The notes beneath the pieces were generated by a model. The model was not told where the DNA came from. It ran no database searches and saw only the letters and a list, made by a program, of their open reading frames with translations. The translations under genes were made by a program, and so were the position numbers. Below are positions 19,467-29,329 of a DNA stretch of 60,653 nt, one piece after another. Within the stretch, counting starts at the first letter, position 1, and the number at the start of each line of letters is the position of its first letter. Source of the DNA: Candidatus Methylomirabilota bacterium (GTDB lineage: Bacteria > Methylomirabilota > Methylomirabilia > Rokubacteriales > CSP1-6); assembly GCA_046726415.1 (NCBI GenBank), contig JBKPAK010000070.1, positions 1-60,653 of the forward strand, given 5' to 3'.

Positions 19467-20321
19467 GCCACCTTGCACGACCAGCTTGTGTTCCCCACGC
19501 CGCTGCACCCACCGGCAGACGGCGAGCATCGCCATGACCCAACCCGCCTGTACGGCCAGCAGGCCAGCCTGCTCGATCGGCGCGCCACGTTCGACGAGGA
19601 TGTCGAGCGGAAGCTGGAGCACCGATGGAAAGGGCGTACCGATGATGAGCGCCAGGGCGGCGGCTCGGGGGAGGAACCAGAGGGGAAAGTAGAGGCCGCC
19701 GAGCACTCCGGACAGAAGCGTCCAGCCCACCTGCGGGCCGCGCGCATCCAGCAGCCAGTAGGCCGCGGCATTGACCAGATAGCGACAGCCGAAACAGATG
19801 ATCGTGGCCAGCAGCATCGAGCACGCGAAGAGCAGGTAGGTGGCGGGGCGTCGCGGGGTGTAGAGCTCGAAGGCCAGCGCGCCGACCACGAGCGGACCGA
19901 CGAAGCGCGTGAACACGGCGAGTCCCGCGCGGCCGAGGTCGGCGGCGAGGTGCTGCCATACCGGGTCAACCGGGCGCAGCAGGTCGGCGACGACGTCGCC
20001 GGTGCGGATGCGGTCGGCCAGCTCGGTCGGTGCCCAGATCAGCACGACGCCGATCAAGCCCTGCCCAGCCCACACGAACGTGGCCAGGCGCGAGGCATCG
20101 TAGCCCACGGCGGTGCCAGCCCCGGCCACCGCGAGCAGCACGGCGCAACGGAGAAATCCGAAGACGGAGTTCGTGAAGATTGCCGCCACCATCGCCTGGC
20201 GATACGTCGCGTATCGCCGGAATCCCGCCACGGCGAGGGCGAGATAGGCTACCGCGACGAGGCGACCCGAAGGCTCAGATCCGGACTCCGTCGGCGGCGG
20301 TCTTCTCGCCAATGACCTCAC
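19464..20321 (-). CDS. ABC-2 type transporter permease (DUF990-like); start uncertain
   Basis: GFRRYATYR...FTNSVFGFLR, IRTGDV..DLLRP, GLYFPL.FLP, terminal VVQGG. Confidence 0.85.
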   Translation of the reverse strand: MRSLARRPPPTESGSEPSGRLVAVAYLALAVAGFRRYATYRQAMVAAIFTNSVFGFLRCAVLLAVAGAGTAVGYDASRLATFVWAGQGLIGVVLIWAPTELADRIRTGDVVADLLRPVDPVWQHLAADLGRAGLAVFTRFVGPLVVGALAFELYTPRRPATYLLFACSMLLATIICFGCRYLVNAAAYWLLDARGPQVGWTLLSGVLGGLYFPLWFLPRAAALALIIGTPFPSVLQLPLDILVERGAPIEQAGLLAVQAGWVMAMLAVCRWVQRRGEHKLVVQGG

Positions 20322-20525
20322 CTGTCTTGACGGACCCGGCCGTCGCCACGAGCATGATTGGGCCTCGCGCGGCCGAGGCCGTGAGACCCTACAGGACCAT
20401 CCGGATCGCGCACGCCCGATCGTTTCCGCCCTTTGAGCAGTCTTTTCATGATCAACGCTCTCGGGGGGGGGACGTCGTCGCCAGACGAAGTCCTCCGCGG
20501 CCTGCCCTCCGAGCGGATGAGTGCC

Positions 20526-22106
20526 TCAGCCCCGCTTGTTACGCCCCGTCGGCAGCGACGTCGCCGCGTAGGTGCCCGCCATGCCGCGCGTGCCAGGCTG
20601 GTATGGAATGGGCGTGGCGGGATCATTCGGCGAGATCGGAAGGGGCGCACCATCGCGGCGACCCAGTGCCCGCTCGACGATCTCGAAGAGCGGCTCCCTG
20701 TCGTATTGCGCGTAGAAGCCGGCGGTGAGCCGAATCGGGTCGCCGGAGTAAAAGCGCACGTACTGCGCCATGCGCTGGGCGAATGTCTCGCCCGTCACGT
20801 CCCACGCAAGCTTGAAGAGCGCGATGCGGTCCTCGGCGGAGACTCCCGCGCGCCCGCGCACGTACCTCTCGATATAGGGCCGCACCTCGGCGCTGGCGAG
20901 ATCGGCCTCGGTCGGCGCGTAGAAGAACCCGCCGGCCGCCAGCGTCTGCACGATCTCGACGAACCGACTGTAAATCTTGCCGGTCTGGAGGTGAAACGCG
21001 CGCAGGCCATGCCCGCCTGGCACCCACACGCCGCCGGGCATCTGTTGCGCCATGGCCTCCGATCCGTAGAACACCGCCCGGGCCACCTCCATGTGGCTCA
21101 GCATCTCCCCCAGCTTCTCCTGGATGTGCAGGAAGCCAGTGATGCCGATGGCGTCCGCCAGCTTCATGGCCAGTCCACTGAAGAACTCGAGCTGGCTCAG
21201 CATGCGGGCGGAGGTCTGGAGGTTGAGGAGCGCCCCGAAGTCGGCGCCCAGCGTGTTGATGATCTCGCCACTGCCGGAGCTGCCGTCGACCATGACGCGG
21301 TCCCACGGAACGAGCACGTCGTCGAACACAGCGATGCAGTCCATCTCCTCGAAGCGACTCGACAGCGGATGGTCGAAGCGCGACCGGGGCAGCGGCGCCA
21401 CCGTCTCCCGGCAGATGAATTTCAGTCCGGGCGTGTTCGTGGGGATCGCGAAGGCCAGGGCGTAGGCGTCGTCCCCCTCGGACACGCCGCCGAAAGGGAT
21501 CACGGCGACCTCCTCGGTGATGGGAGCCATCGTGCCGAGCATCTTGGCCCCGCGCACGATGATGCCGTCGGAGGTCTCCCCCACCCTGCCCAGGTGCAGG
21601 AAGGGGTCTTCCTGCTGCGCCGAGGTCTTCGACCGGTCGACCTGGGGGTTGATCAGCATATGGGTCAGGAAGAGGTCGCGCTCGCGCATGTCCTCGTAGT
21701 AGCGGGTGGCGTTTTCTCCGAAGCGGGCCCCGGCGCGGGCGAACCGGCCGGCCATGAGGTGCCAACCCGTGATGAACTGATTCATGAAGTCGGGCGCCCG
21801 GCCCATGAACCCGAAGTTATGGTCGGCGCGGAGCTTGAAGTGCTTGCGCTTCTTCACCAGCTCCTCGCGCGTGTAGGGAACCAGGAAGGACGTGGAGACA
21901 GGCTTCCCGGTAGTGGGCGACGGGTATGTCATCACGTCCCGGTAGGCGAGGTCGAGCTGCATGTCGTACTGTTCCGCGATGGCCCGGATCGGCTCCTGGA
22001 AGATGGGCTCGGTGGTCACGTCAGGCACGCGCCGGCCACCCAGGTAGACACACGGTGCGCACGACTTCAGGGAATCGACATAGGCCTGTCCGCTTCGAGC
22101 CGCCAT
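20526..22106 (-). CDS. 4-hydroxyphenylacetate 3-hydroxylase (HpaB)-family flavin monooxygenase, oxygenase component
   Basis: GFMGRAPDFMN, HMLINPQVDR, IVRGAKML.T, FDHPLSSRFEEMD..VFDDVLVPWDRV, FKLAWD. Confidence 0.9.
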   Translation of the reverse strand: MAARSGQAYVDSLKSCAPCVYLGGRRVPDVTTEPIFQEPIRAIAEQYDMQLDLAYRDVMTYPSPTTGKPVSTSFLVPYTREELVKKRKHFKLRADHNFGFMGRAPDFMNQFITGWHLMAGRFARAGARFGENATRYYEDMRERDLFLTHMLINPQVDRSKTSAQQEDPFLHLGRVGETSDGIIVRGAKMLGTMAPITEEVAVIPFGGVSEGDDAYALAFAIPTNTPGLKFICRETVAPLPRSRFDHPLSSRFEEMDCIAVFDDVLVPWDRVMVDGSSGSGEIINTLGADFGALLNLQTSARMLSQLEFFSGLAMKLADAIGITGFLHIQEKLGEMLSHMEVARAVFYGSEAMAQQMPGGVWVPGGHGLRAFHLQTGKIYSRFVEIVQTLAAGGFFYAPTEADLASAEVRPYIERYVRGRAGVSAEDRIALFKLAWDVTGETFAQRMAQYVRFYSGDPIRLTAGFYAQYDREPLFEIVERALGRRDGAPLPISPNDPATPIPYQPGTRGMAGTYAATSLPTGRNKRG

Positions 22107-22128
22107 GCTGGTCGCGTCCTCTCAGTTG

Positions 22129-22160
22129 TGACCTGCCGCGTTCGAGCGCGCGGCAGGTCA
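22129..22160. promoter_or_regulatory. perfect 12-bp stem-loop in the leader of the HpaB-like gene
   Basis: TGACCTGCCGCG-TTCGAGCG-CGCGGCAGGTCA immediately upstream of the RBS. Confidence 0.5.
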
Positions 22161-22254
22161 ACCCTTCCAGGAAATAGGCGCGGCGTCAACGGCGGACGGG
22201 CATCCGGGAGACGACGCCGGCTGGCCACCAGGTCGTATCCGGCGCCGCTTCGTA

Positions 22255-22283
22255 TTGACTGAGCCGTCGCCGGGAGCTATCGT
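22255..22283 (+). promoter_or_regulatory. sigma70-like promoter for the SBP gene
   Basis: TTGACT-17 nt-TATCGT. Confidence 0.55.
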
Positions 22284-22428
22284 CCGCTCACCGACCCGAC
22301 CGTTCTGCTGGCAGCGCAGAGGCAACGATGCCCGTCCACTCCGCGTGGCCGCTCAGCGCCGCAGTCTCGGCCCCCCGCCGCCTAGCCCGGCATCCGGATC
22401 GAACATCCACCACGGGAGCAACAATCTC

Positions 22429-23985
22429 ATGAACGGCACGAGGACCGCCGCGCTCCACCGCGTGATCGTCGCCACCGCGATGTGCATTCTGCTGGGGGGC
22501 GGCCTCTTCCGACCGGCGGCCGCCCAGCCCAGACCCGAAGGAGAGATGCGTTGGGCGCTGTACGTCACGCTGTCCCCGCAGTGGTTCGATCCGGGCGAGG
22601 TCGTCGGCTTGATCACACCCTTCTGGGTGCTCTACGCCATCCACGATGCGGTGGTGAAGCCCATGCCCGGCAATCTCATGACGCCCAGTCTCGCCGAGTC
22701 GTGGACGGTGAGCGCGGACCAGCGCGTCTACGACTTCAAGTTGCGGGAGGGGATCAAGTTCCACAACGGCGACTCCTTCACCGCCGAGGACGTGAAGTTC
22801 AGCTTCCAGCGCACCAAGGGGGCCCGACTCCTGAAGGAGAAGGTCCGGGACGTGGAGATCGTCGACCCCGCCAGGGTGCGCTTCCACCTGCACGAGCCCT
22901 TCCCCGACTTTATGGCCTTCTATGGCACCCTGGCCACCGGGGCCAGCTGGATCGTGCCCAAGAAGTACGTGGAGCAGGTCGGCGCCGAGGGCTTCAAGAA
23001 ACACCCCGTCGGCCTCGGCCCCTACAAGTTCGTCAGTCACACCCCCGGCGTCGAGCTGGTCATGGAGGCCTACGAGGGCTACTGGCGCAAGATGCCCTCC
23101 GTGAAGCGGCTGGTCTTCAAGAGCGTCCCGGAAGCAACGACCCGGGCGGCCATGCTGAGGCGGGGTGAAGTCGACGTCGCCTACCTGCTCGATGCCCCGC
23201 AGGCGCTGGAGTTGAAGCGCGACCCCACGCTCAAGGTGGTCTTTTCCGGTGGGATCGGCGTGTTTTTTCTGGATTTCTTCGACCAGTGGGATCCGAAGTC
23301 ACCCTGGCATGACCGGCGAGTGCGGCTCGCCGCCAGCCACGCCATCGATCGCCGCGCCCTGAGTGAGGCCGAGACCTTGGGCGCCTCCAAGCCCACGGGG
23401 AGCCTCAGCCCCCGCACCTTCGAGTTCACGCTGCCCATCGAGGCGACTGTCTACGATCCGGCGAAGTCCAAGCAGTTACTGGCCGAGGCCGGCTATCCCA
23501 ACGGCTTCGATGCCGGCGAGCTCCATCAGGTCCCTCCCTACTTCTCTATGGGCGAGACGATCATGGGCTACCTCGGCGCGGTGGGGATCAAGCTGCGCAT
23601 GCGGCCGATGGAGCGTGCGGCATTCTTCTCCGCGTGGGGGTCGAAGAAGCTCAAGGGCGTGTGCGTCTGCGCTAACGCGCTCTACGGCAACGCCGCCACG
23701 CGAATGTCGGAGATTGTGCCCACGGACGGAACGTACGCCTACGGCGGCTATCCCGACGTCGACGCGCTGTACCGGCACCAGGCCCGGGAGACCGACCGGC
23801 GCAAGCGGGAGATGGTGCTCCACCAGATCCAGCAGATCCTGCACGAGCGCGTGAGGTTCGCCCCCATCTGGGAATACATCTGGCCGAGCGGGCTGGGGCC
23901 CCGCGTGGAGGAGCCCGCCCTGATGCTGATCAACCCCTATCCCTGGTCGGCGCCCCTGGAAGAGGTACGACTCAGGAAGAAGTGA
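22429..23985 (+). CDS. ABC transporter substrate-binding protein, family 5 (orphan)
   Basis: Signal peptide, PSLAESW, LREGIKFHNGD.FTAEDVKFS, PVGLGPYKF, LLAEAGYPNGF. Confidence 0.92.
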   Translation: MNGTRTAALHRVIVATAMCILLGGGLFRPAAAQPRPEGEMRWALYVTLSPQWFDPGEVVGLITPFWVLYAIHDAVVKPMPGNLMTPSLAESWTVSADQRVYDFKLREGIKFHNGDSFTAEDVKFSFQRTKGARLLKEKVRDVEIVDPARVRFHLHEPFPDFMAFYGTLATGASWIVPKKYVEQVGAEGFKKHPVGLGPYKFVSHTPGVELVMEAYEGYWRKMPSVKRLVFKSVPEATTRAAMLRRGEVDVAYLLDAPQALELKRDPTLKVVFSGGIGVFFLDFFDQWDPKSPWHDRRVRLAASHAIDRRALSEAETLGASKPTGSLSPRTFEFTLPIEATVYDPAKSKQLLAEAGYPNGFDAGELHQVPPYFSMGETIMGYLGAVGIKLRMRPMERAAFFSAWGSKKLKGVCVCANALYGNAATRMSEIVPTDGTYAYGGYPDVDALYRHQARETDRRKREMVLHQIQQILHERVRFAPIWEYIWPSGLGPRVEEPALMLINPYPWSAPLEEVRLRKK

Positions 23986-24215
23986 GCCGGCCGATACCGA
24001 CCATCGACGATCGCGCGAAGCGGTCTGGGCTCAGCGGTGCCAGGTCGAACATCGGGGTCTTGCCTGCGGCCAGTTGGGCGACGAGGGCGCCGGTGATGGG
24101 CCCCAGCGACACGCCGATCATCGCGTGCCCGGTGGCCACGATGAGGTTGTCGTATCGCGCCGAGCGCCCGAGGTAGGGCAGCCCGTCCGGTGAGCAGGGC
24201 CTGCCGCAGCGTACC
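23972..24215 (-). pseudogene. C-terminal stub of a D-amino acid dehydrogenase/FAD-dependent oxidoreductase (DadA-like)
   Basis: RPCSPDGLPYLGRSARYDNLIVATGHAMIGVSLGPITGALVA...LSPDRF. Confidence 0.8.
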
Positions 24216-24244
24216 CGGGGCCGCCAGCGGGACGCTGTGGCTCG

Positions 24245-25588
24245 GCATTTCGCGGACGAGAGCGCGTGCCTCGTCGCTCGCCGGCCGCAATGCGGTGTTG
24301 ACCACGAGCAATGCCACGTGCTCGCGCGGGAGAGTGGCCATCGCCTGATACGCTGGTGGGTCGAGCGAGGGGTCGAGGTCGACGAAGCTGTCCACGCGGC
24401 TGACGTGAGGCATGGTGCCGATCCACCGGCTGAGCGCGAAAGCCTGCGCCACGCGCGCGGGCGTCAGGGCGGAACCGCGTCCGGCGTCGAGCAGGACGAT
24501 GATGCGGTTGACCCCCCCGCCCGGGAATTCGCGGCGCAGCAGCTCGTCCGCGCGGCGTGCCTCGGCTTCTGGCGGGAGCGCGGTGGCATCACCCGAGCCC
24601 ACGCGCAGGTGGAGGAAGGGGAGGCCGAGAAGCAGCAGTAGCGCGACGACGGGCACCAGGACCCGCCACGGGTGCGCCATCACCACCCGAGCGAGGCGCT
24701 GCCAGACGCCGCGCCCGGCCGCCGACGGCTCGCGGTGCAGGAGCGGCACCCGGCCCGCGTTCACGCGCGGTCCGAGGACGGCGAGGAGAGCGGGAAGCGT
24801 CGTCAACCCGTAGAGGACGGCAAGGCCCACCACGATCGTCCCCGCCCAGCCCATGGAGGCGAGGTTGCCCAGCCCGAGGAATACCATCCCGAGCAGGCCG
24901 ATGGCGACGGTGAGCCCGGAGAAGAGGATGGAGCGGCCCGCCGTGGCGAGCGTGCGCGAGAGCGCCTCCGGCCCGGGGTGATCGCGAATTTCCTCGCGGA
25001 AGCGGCTTACGACGAACAGCGAGTAGTCGATCGCGACCCCCAGCCCGATCATGCTCACGATGTTGGGCGCGTAGATCGACACCGACACCAGACGGGCGAG
25101 GAGAAGCATGCCGGCGATCGCCCCAGCCATGGCGAGCCCGCCCACCGCGAGGGGCAGGAGCACCGCCACCACCGAGCCGAAGACGAGCAGGAGCAGCACC
25201 GCTACCAGGGGCAAGATGTAGAGCTCCACCCGTCCGAGGTCCTGTCGGGCCAGCTCGGTGAAGTCGTGGTTGAGGGCGATGTTCCCTCCGGCCAGGACCT
25301 CGAGCGTCGGCGACTGCACGAGCCCGCGCAGAGCGGGGTAGAGGCCCGGAGGAAGCCCGGAGAACTCGAGGGAGGCAAATCCCGTGGTACGGCCGCCCAG
25401 CTCGACGACCGCCAGCACCCGCCGGCCATCCTGGGAGACGGCTCCGGAAGGCCATCGTAGGCCGTGCGGACGCGAGCCACCCGGGGGTCGCGGGCGAGGG
25501 GTGCCAGGGCCCGGTGGACCTCGCTCCTGAACTCCGGATCGGTGGCAGAGAGGGTCGGACTGCTGAAGACCAGGTTGAACGAAGGACA
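24245..25588 (-). pseudogene. internal fragment of an MMPL (RND) transporter
   Basis: LLLVFGSVVA.LLP, MIGLGVAIDYSLFVVSRFREE, TAGRSILFSGLTV, LPALLAVLG. No native start, frameshift near 25440, second MMPL half missing. Confidence 0.85.
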
Positions 25589-25986
25589 GTTGATGGCGAT
25601 GCGCCGACCTTCGGCCTGGTCGCCGTTGAGCCGCACCCCGAGATAGTCGAAAGGGTCATGTTCGAGATGTCGAAGCCACGGATCTGATAGACGCGATCGG
25701 TGACCTGAAAGAGACCGTGATTCAGGTTGAGTCGCGCCTGGTGCCACAAGCTCGGGTTCACCGTGGGTGGGGCCGCCTCATCGCCCAGGAAGGCATAGGC
25801 CCCGAGACTCCACACGACTCGGCCCTGGTCGTTCTTGATCTCGACCTCGGGCAGTGAGCCCAGAAAGCCGCGCCGGGCGTCCTCGAAATCCCGCGTGTCG
25901 CCGAACGGGAGCGCGTCGAGCACGGCGCGGTTGTGGGCACGCGTGATCGGCGTAGCGTCCTTCGGTCCCTGAGGGGGATTGGCCAT
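25589..25986 (-). pseudogene. alkyl sulfatase (SdsA1/YjcS-like) N-terminus joined to a piece of its C-terminal domain
   Basis: PKDAT...LPF.D..DFEDARRGF...PPTVNPSLW.QARLN...GLFQVTDRVYQIRGFDISNMT, then FDYLGVRLNG..AEGRRIAIN. Confidence 0.85.
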
Positions 25987-26002
25987 CGCCACGCGGAGGA
26001 CG

Positions 26003-27055
26003 CTACGCGTCGAACTTCGGCATGATCTCTTCACCGATCACGCGCAGATCGTGGCGCTGGCGGTCGAGGTCGGCCCCACCCAAGCCCACCCAGAGCCTGG
26101 TGGCGCCGGCCTGGGCGAGGTGCTCGATGCGCGCGATCCAGTCACGCGGCGTTCCCGCCATGGCGAAGCGCCGAAGCGCATAGTCGGTGAGGCCCAGCTC
26201 GTCCATGCGCTTGGGGTTGCGGCCGCTTTGCAGCACGTGGTCGTAGAGCTCGTAGCCGTCGACGTACTCCTGGATTCTCTCCCGCAGGTCTTCGGGCACG
26301 AGCTTCCCATCGAGCCCGAAGCGCATGGAATGGTTCAGGATCGACGAGACCGAGGCCTTGACGCGCTCGATGGCGGTGTGGCGATCGGCGTCGAGTGACG
26401 TGCGCGTGGTGAACCAGATATCGACGGTGGCCGGGTCGCGGCCAGCTTCGCGCGCCCCGGCGTGGATCCGGGCGACGCTATCCTGGATCACCTCGGGCAG
26501 GAGGCCGGTACCGGCGATGACGCCGTCGCCGATGCGGCCGCCCAGATGCAGCATGCGTGGCCCCTCGGCGCAGATCGAGATGGGAATGCGCGGGCGGATG
26601 GCGCTGGCCGCCCAGCGGACGCGTTGGGCACGCCCTTGATAGGTCGCCTCGCCGCTGGCCAGGAGGTCGCGCACACAGGTCACGTAGTCCTCGATCCGGG
26701 CCCGCGAGGCGGCCGGGTAGCCGATGTTGAACACGGCGCTGTCACCGCTGGCGATGTCGAGGAAAGCGCGGCCCCCGGTGATGCTGTCGATGGACGCCAG
26801 GAAGGAGGCCATAACCTGGGGCTCGCGGGTGAGGGGGTTGCTGGGACGAAGGCCGATGGCCGCGCGCGTGGAGGCCAGGGCCATCAGCGTGGCACGCACG
26901 TAGGCGTCGCCGCCCAGGAAGGCAGAGTCGTAGGTCCCGATAGCCTCGGCACCATAACCCTCGGCCATGCGCACGAGCTCCATGAACTTCGGAATGTCCG
27001 GACCATGGAGCAGCACCGGGCTCGAGCCGAAACCCACACCGAACGAAATCTTCAT
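26003..27055 (-). CDS. LLM-class (Mer-like) oxidoreductase
   Basis: YDSAF, NPLTREPQVMA, GGRAFL.IASGDSAV, AEGPRML.LGGRIGDGVI. Confidence 0.88.
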   Translation of the reverse strand: MKISFGVGFGSSPVLLHGPDIPKFMELVRMAEGYGAEAIGTYDSAFLGGDAYVRATLMALASTRAAIGLRPSNPLTREPQVMASFLASIDSITGGRAFLDIASGDSAVFNIGYPAASRARIEDYVTCVRDLLASGEATYQGRAQRVRWAASAIRPRIPISICAEGPRMLHLGGRIGDGVIAGTGLLPEVIQDSVARIHAGAREAGRDPATVDIWFTTRTSLDADRHTAIERVKASVSSILNHSMRFGLDGKLVPEDLRERIQEYVDGYELYDHVLQSGRNPKRMDELGLTDYALRRFAMAGTPRDWIARIEHLAQAGATRLWVGLGGADLDRQRHDLRVIGEEIMPKFDA

Positions 27056-27274
27056 GGCCTCGAGTCTCCCCGACCGAATCGCCAGATGACCAGCGGTATG
27101 GCGTGATCCTCCCTGAGCGGTCCGACGTCCGACGTCCACCGGGGCGCCATTATGCCTCGGAACCTCTCCCCAAGAGCACCATCACGATCATGGTGAGAGG
27201 CGCGCCAGCGCGGTAGCGGGGAGACGGCGACCGCATGATGGCGACGGTCTGCCGAGGTCTGACCGTCGCTGGCG

Positions 27275-27521
27275 GTGCTCGCCATGGGCGAGGTGTATGT
27301 TTTCCGCGATGACGCCCCGGGGCTGGTGGCCGCTTCCCGCGATCTCGCGAACGCCGTATCATTCGGAGGCAGCCGACTGATGGAACGGAAGACATCGCCG
27401 CGGCCCGGCCGTCACCTGCGCACGCCGGAGCTCGAGCGGACTCCCGGCGCGGCCCACGCGCGAGCGCATCTTCGTCGACAAGCCGGTCGGGCTGTTGGGG
27501 TTCCGGCCGGTCGCGGGGTGA
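27275..27521 (+). pseudogene. unassigned degraded gene fragment
   Basis: Protein-like pieces in different frames (GEVYVFRDDAPGLV...; RERIFVDKPVGLLGFRPVAG*) upstream of the LLM gene. Confidence 0.3.
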
Positions 27522-27588
27522 TCCGCGTCCGCCGTCACTGATACCAGCACCCACTTGGGCCCCTCGGGGCCCAGAGAGGAGCGAGGGC

Positions 27589-28611
27589 ATGCGGTTCGGG
27601 CTATTCGGAAGCGCGCAGGCGAAGCGGGGCGTCGCCGACGTCGACAGCGGAGCCGGGTACCGAGAATTCATCGAGAACAACGTCGAGGCCGAGGCGCTCG
27701 GCTATCACAGCACGTTCCTCGTCGAACACCACTTCACCGGCTTCGGCCAGGTGTCGGCGACCTTGAGCTTGCTGACCTGGGTCGGTGCACGCACGACGAC
27801 CCTGCGCCTGGGCACCGCGGTGCTGGTGCTTCCCTGGCACAATCCGGTGCTCCTGGCCGAGCAGGCGGCCAGCATCGACCTCCTGTCGGGGGGCCGGCTC
27901 GATTTCGGCATCGGCAAGGGCTACCGCTACAACGAATTCGCCGGCTTCTGCATCCCCATGGAGGAGGCGGAGGAACGGTTCGACGAATCGCTGACGGTCA
28001 TCCTCAAGGCCTGGACCGCGGACGCCCCGTGGTCCCATCGCGGCAAATACTGGCAGTTCGAAGGCGTCGTGGTCGAACCCCCGACGGCCCAGAAACCTCA
28101 CCCGCCGCTATGGATGGGCGCCGGAAGCCCCGCCTCCATCAAGAAGGTGGCCGCGCTGGGCTACAATCTGCTGCTCGACCAGTATTCTTCGGTCGACCAG
28201 ATAGGCGAGCGCATCGCCCTCTTCAAGGCCGAGGTACAAGCGCGCGGGCGCACCTTCGATCCCATGAGCGTGGGCGTCACGCGCTCGGTCATCGTGGCCA
28301 TGACCGCGGCCGAGCGCGAGCGGGCGCTCGAGACACGCATTGCGGGCCGCCGGCGGATCGAGCGGTTGGCCCAAGGTCCGGACGGACAGAATCACGCGGG
28401 GACCCTGTCCTATGCCGACCCCGAGGCCGCCGCCGCGGGGGCCCTCTACGGCACGCCGGACGAAATCGCCGCCAAGCTCCAGGCGCTGCGCGACGTGGGC
28501 GGGGAATACGTGTTGCTCAACTCGACGGGCGGGCTCACGACCTTGCGCCGCTTCGCCCATGAGGTGATGCCGGCGTTTTCCGGCGCGCCCCTGCTCCACA
28601 CGGCCGTCTGA
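27589..28611 (+). CDS. LLM-class flavin-dependent oxidoreductase
   Basis: MRFGLF, VEHHF, LRLGTAV.VLPWHNPVLLAEQ, GRLDFGIGKGY. Confidence 0.93.
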   Translation: MRFGLFGSAQAKRGVADVDSGAGYREFIENNVEAEALGYHSTFLVEHHFTGFGQVSATLSLLTWVGARTTTLRLGTAVLVLPWHNPVLLAEQAASIDLLSGGRLDFGIGKGYRYNEFAGFCIPMEEAEERFDESLTVILKAWTADAPWSHRGKYWQFEGVVVEPPTAQKPHPPLWMGAGSPASIKKVAALGYNLLLDQYSSVDQIGERIALFKAEVQARGRTFDPMSVGVTRSVIVAMTAAERERALETRIAGRRRIERLAQGPDGQNHAGTLSYADPEAAAAGALYGTPDEIAAKLQALRDVGGEYVLLNSTGGLTTLRRFAHEVMPAFSGAPLLHTAV

Positions 28612-28626
28612 GTTCGACCGGCCGGT

Positions 28627-28658
28627 CGCGCTTCCGCCTCCACACGGGCGGAGGCGCG
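28627..28658. terminator. hairpin between convergent genes
   Basis: CGCGCTTCCGCC / GGCGGAGGCGCG 12-bp stem with one wobble pair. Confidence 0.4.
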
Positions 28659-28665
28659 GCGGAGG

Positions 28666-28851
28666 TCACTCCCCGCGGAGCTCTCGCAGTCGCCGGTTGA
28701 GGGCGGTCATGCGGTCATTCATCTGTTCAGAGAGGCGCGAGCCTCTGGTGTGTTTCTTGGGCTCCGGCCGCTGTCGCAGGGCCGTCTTGCTCGCGTGACA
28801 GTAGATGCAGCCGCCCTTCAAGCCGTGCTTACACTCGTTCATGGATCCCAT
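28666..28851 (-). CDS. small Cys/His-motif protein with C-terminal helix
   Basis: AAGGAG RBS; CKHGLKGGCIYCH motif; RLSEQMNDRMTALNRRLREL coiled-coil-like tail. Confidence 0.6.
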   Translation of the reverse strand: MGSMNECKHGLKGGCIYCHASKTALRQRPEPKKHTRGSRLSEQMNDRMTALNRRLRELRGE

Positions 28852-28930
28852 CTCTCCTTGGCATCAGCATACCCGACGCGAGTCCGCAGGACGCGCATTG
28901 CCCGCTGGGATCTCGCCGGGCCGCCCGATG

Positions 28931-29317
28931 CTACTCGGGACCTCGCATGTTGAGGGCGGTGACGGCGGACACAGCGTCTCGGTCGACGTCGGCGAACTGG
29001 CTGGAGTCCCCCGTGTACCCGAGCTCGCCGCCCGACAGTGGGAATCGCGCGGGCGTGCCGAAGGTCTCGAAAGCGGCCCCGGCCCTCGGGTCCGTCTCAT
29101 CGATCTCCGCCGCGCGCTCCAACAGGCCGAGGAGCGAGGGCAAGGAGATCCCGTTCAGCGTGGCGAACTCCTCGATCGTGAGTGCGGACGCGTAGTTCGG
29201 ATAGAGGTCGCCGGGCCGCGTGCGAAAGAGCCGTCCATGCTGGAGCAGGACCGCTCCGGTGGAGGGATAGCGCGCGAGCACCTCAGGAATCGATGAACTG
29301 GGCGTGATGCGTGGCAA
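28931..29317 (-). CDS. small protein with DUF1858/ScdA_N-like N-terminal domain
   Basis: IT...SI.EVL.RYP....VL..HG ... TIEEFATLNGISL..LL..L; TTG start 12 nt after the amidohydrolase stop. Confidence 0.55.
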   Translation of the reverse strand: MPRITPSSSIPEVLARYPSTGAVLLQHGRLFRTRPGDLYPNYASALTIEEFATLNGISLPSLLGLLERAAEIDETDPRAGAAFETFGTPARFPLSGGELGYTGDSSQFADVDRDAVSAVTALNMRGPE

Positions 29318-29329
29318 GGTCGCCGCCGG

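Noticed and set aside
20275-20356. IS630 transposase remnant (VKTGEVIGE)
   Set aside because: Only about nine residues of resemblance, and no IS ends were seen.
28666-28851. c-type cytochrome
   Set aside because: CxxCH is present, but there is no signal peptide and the protein is very short.
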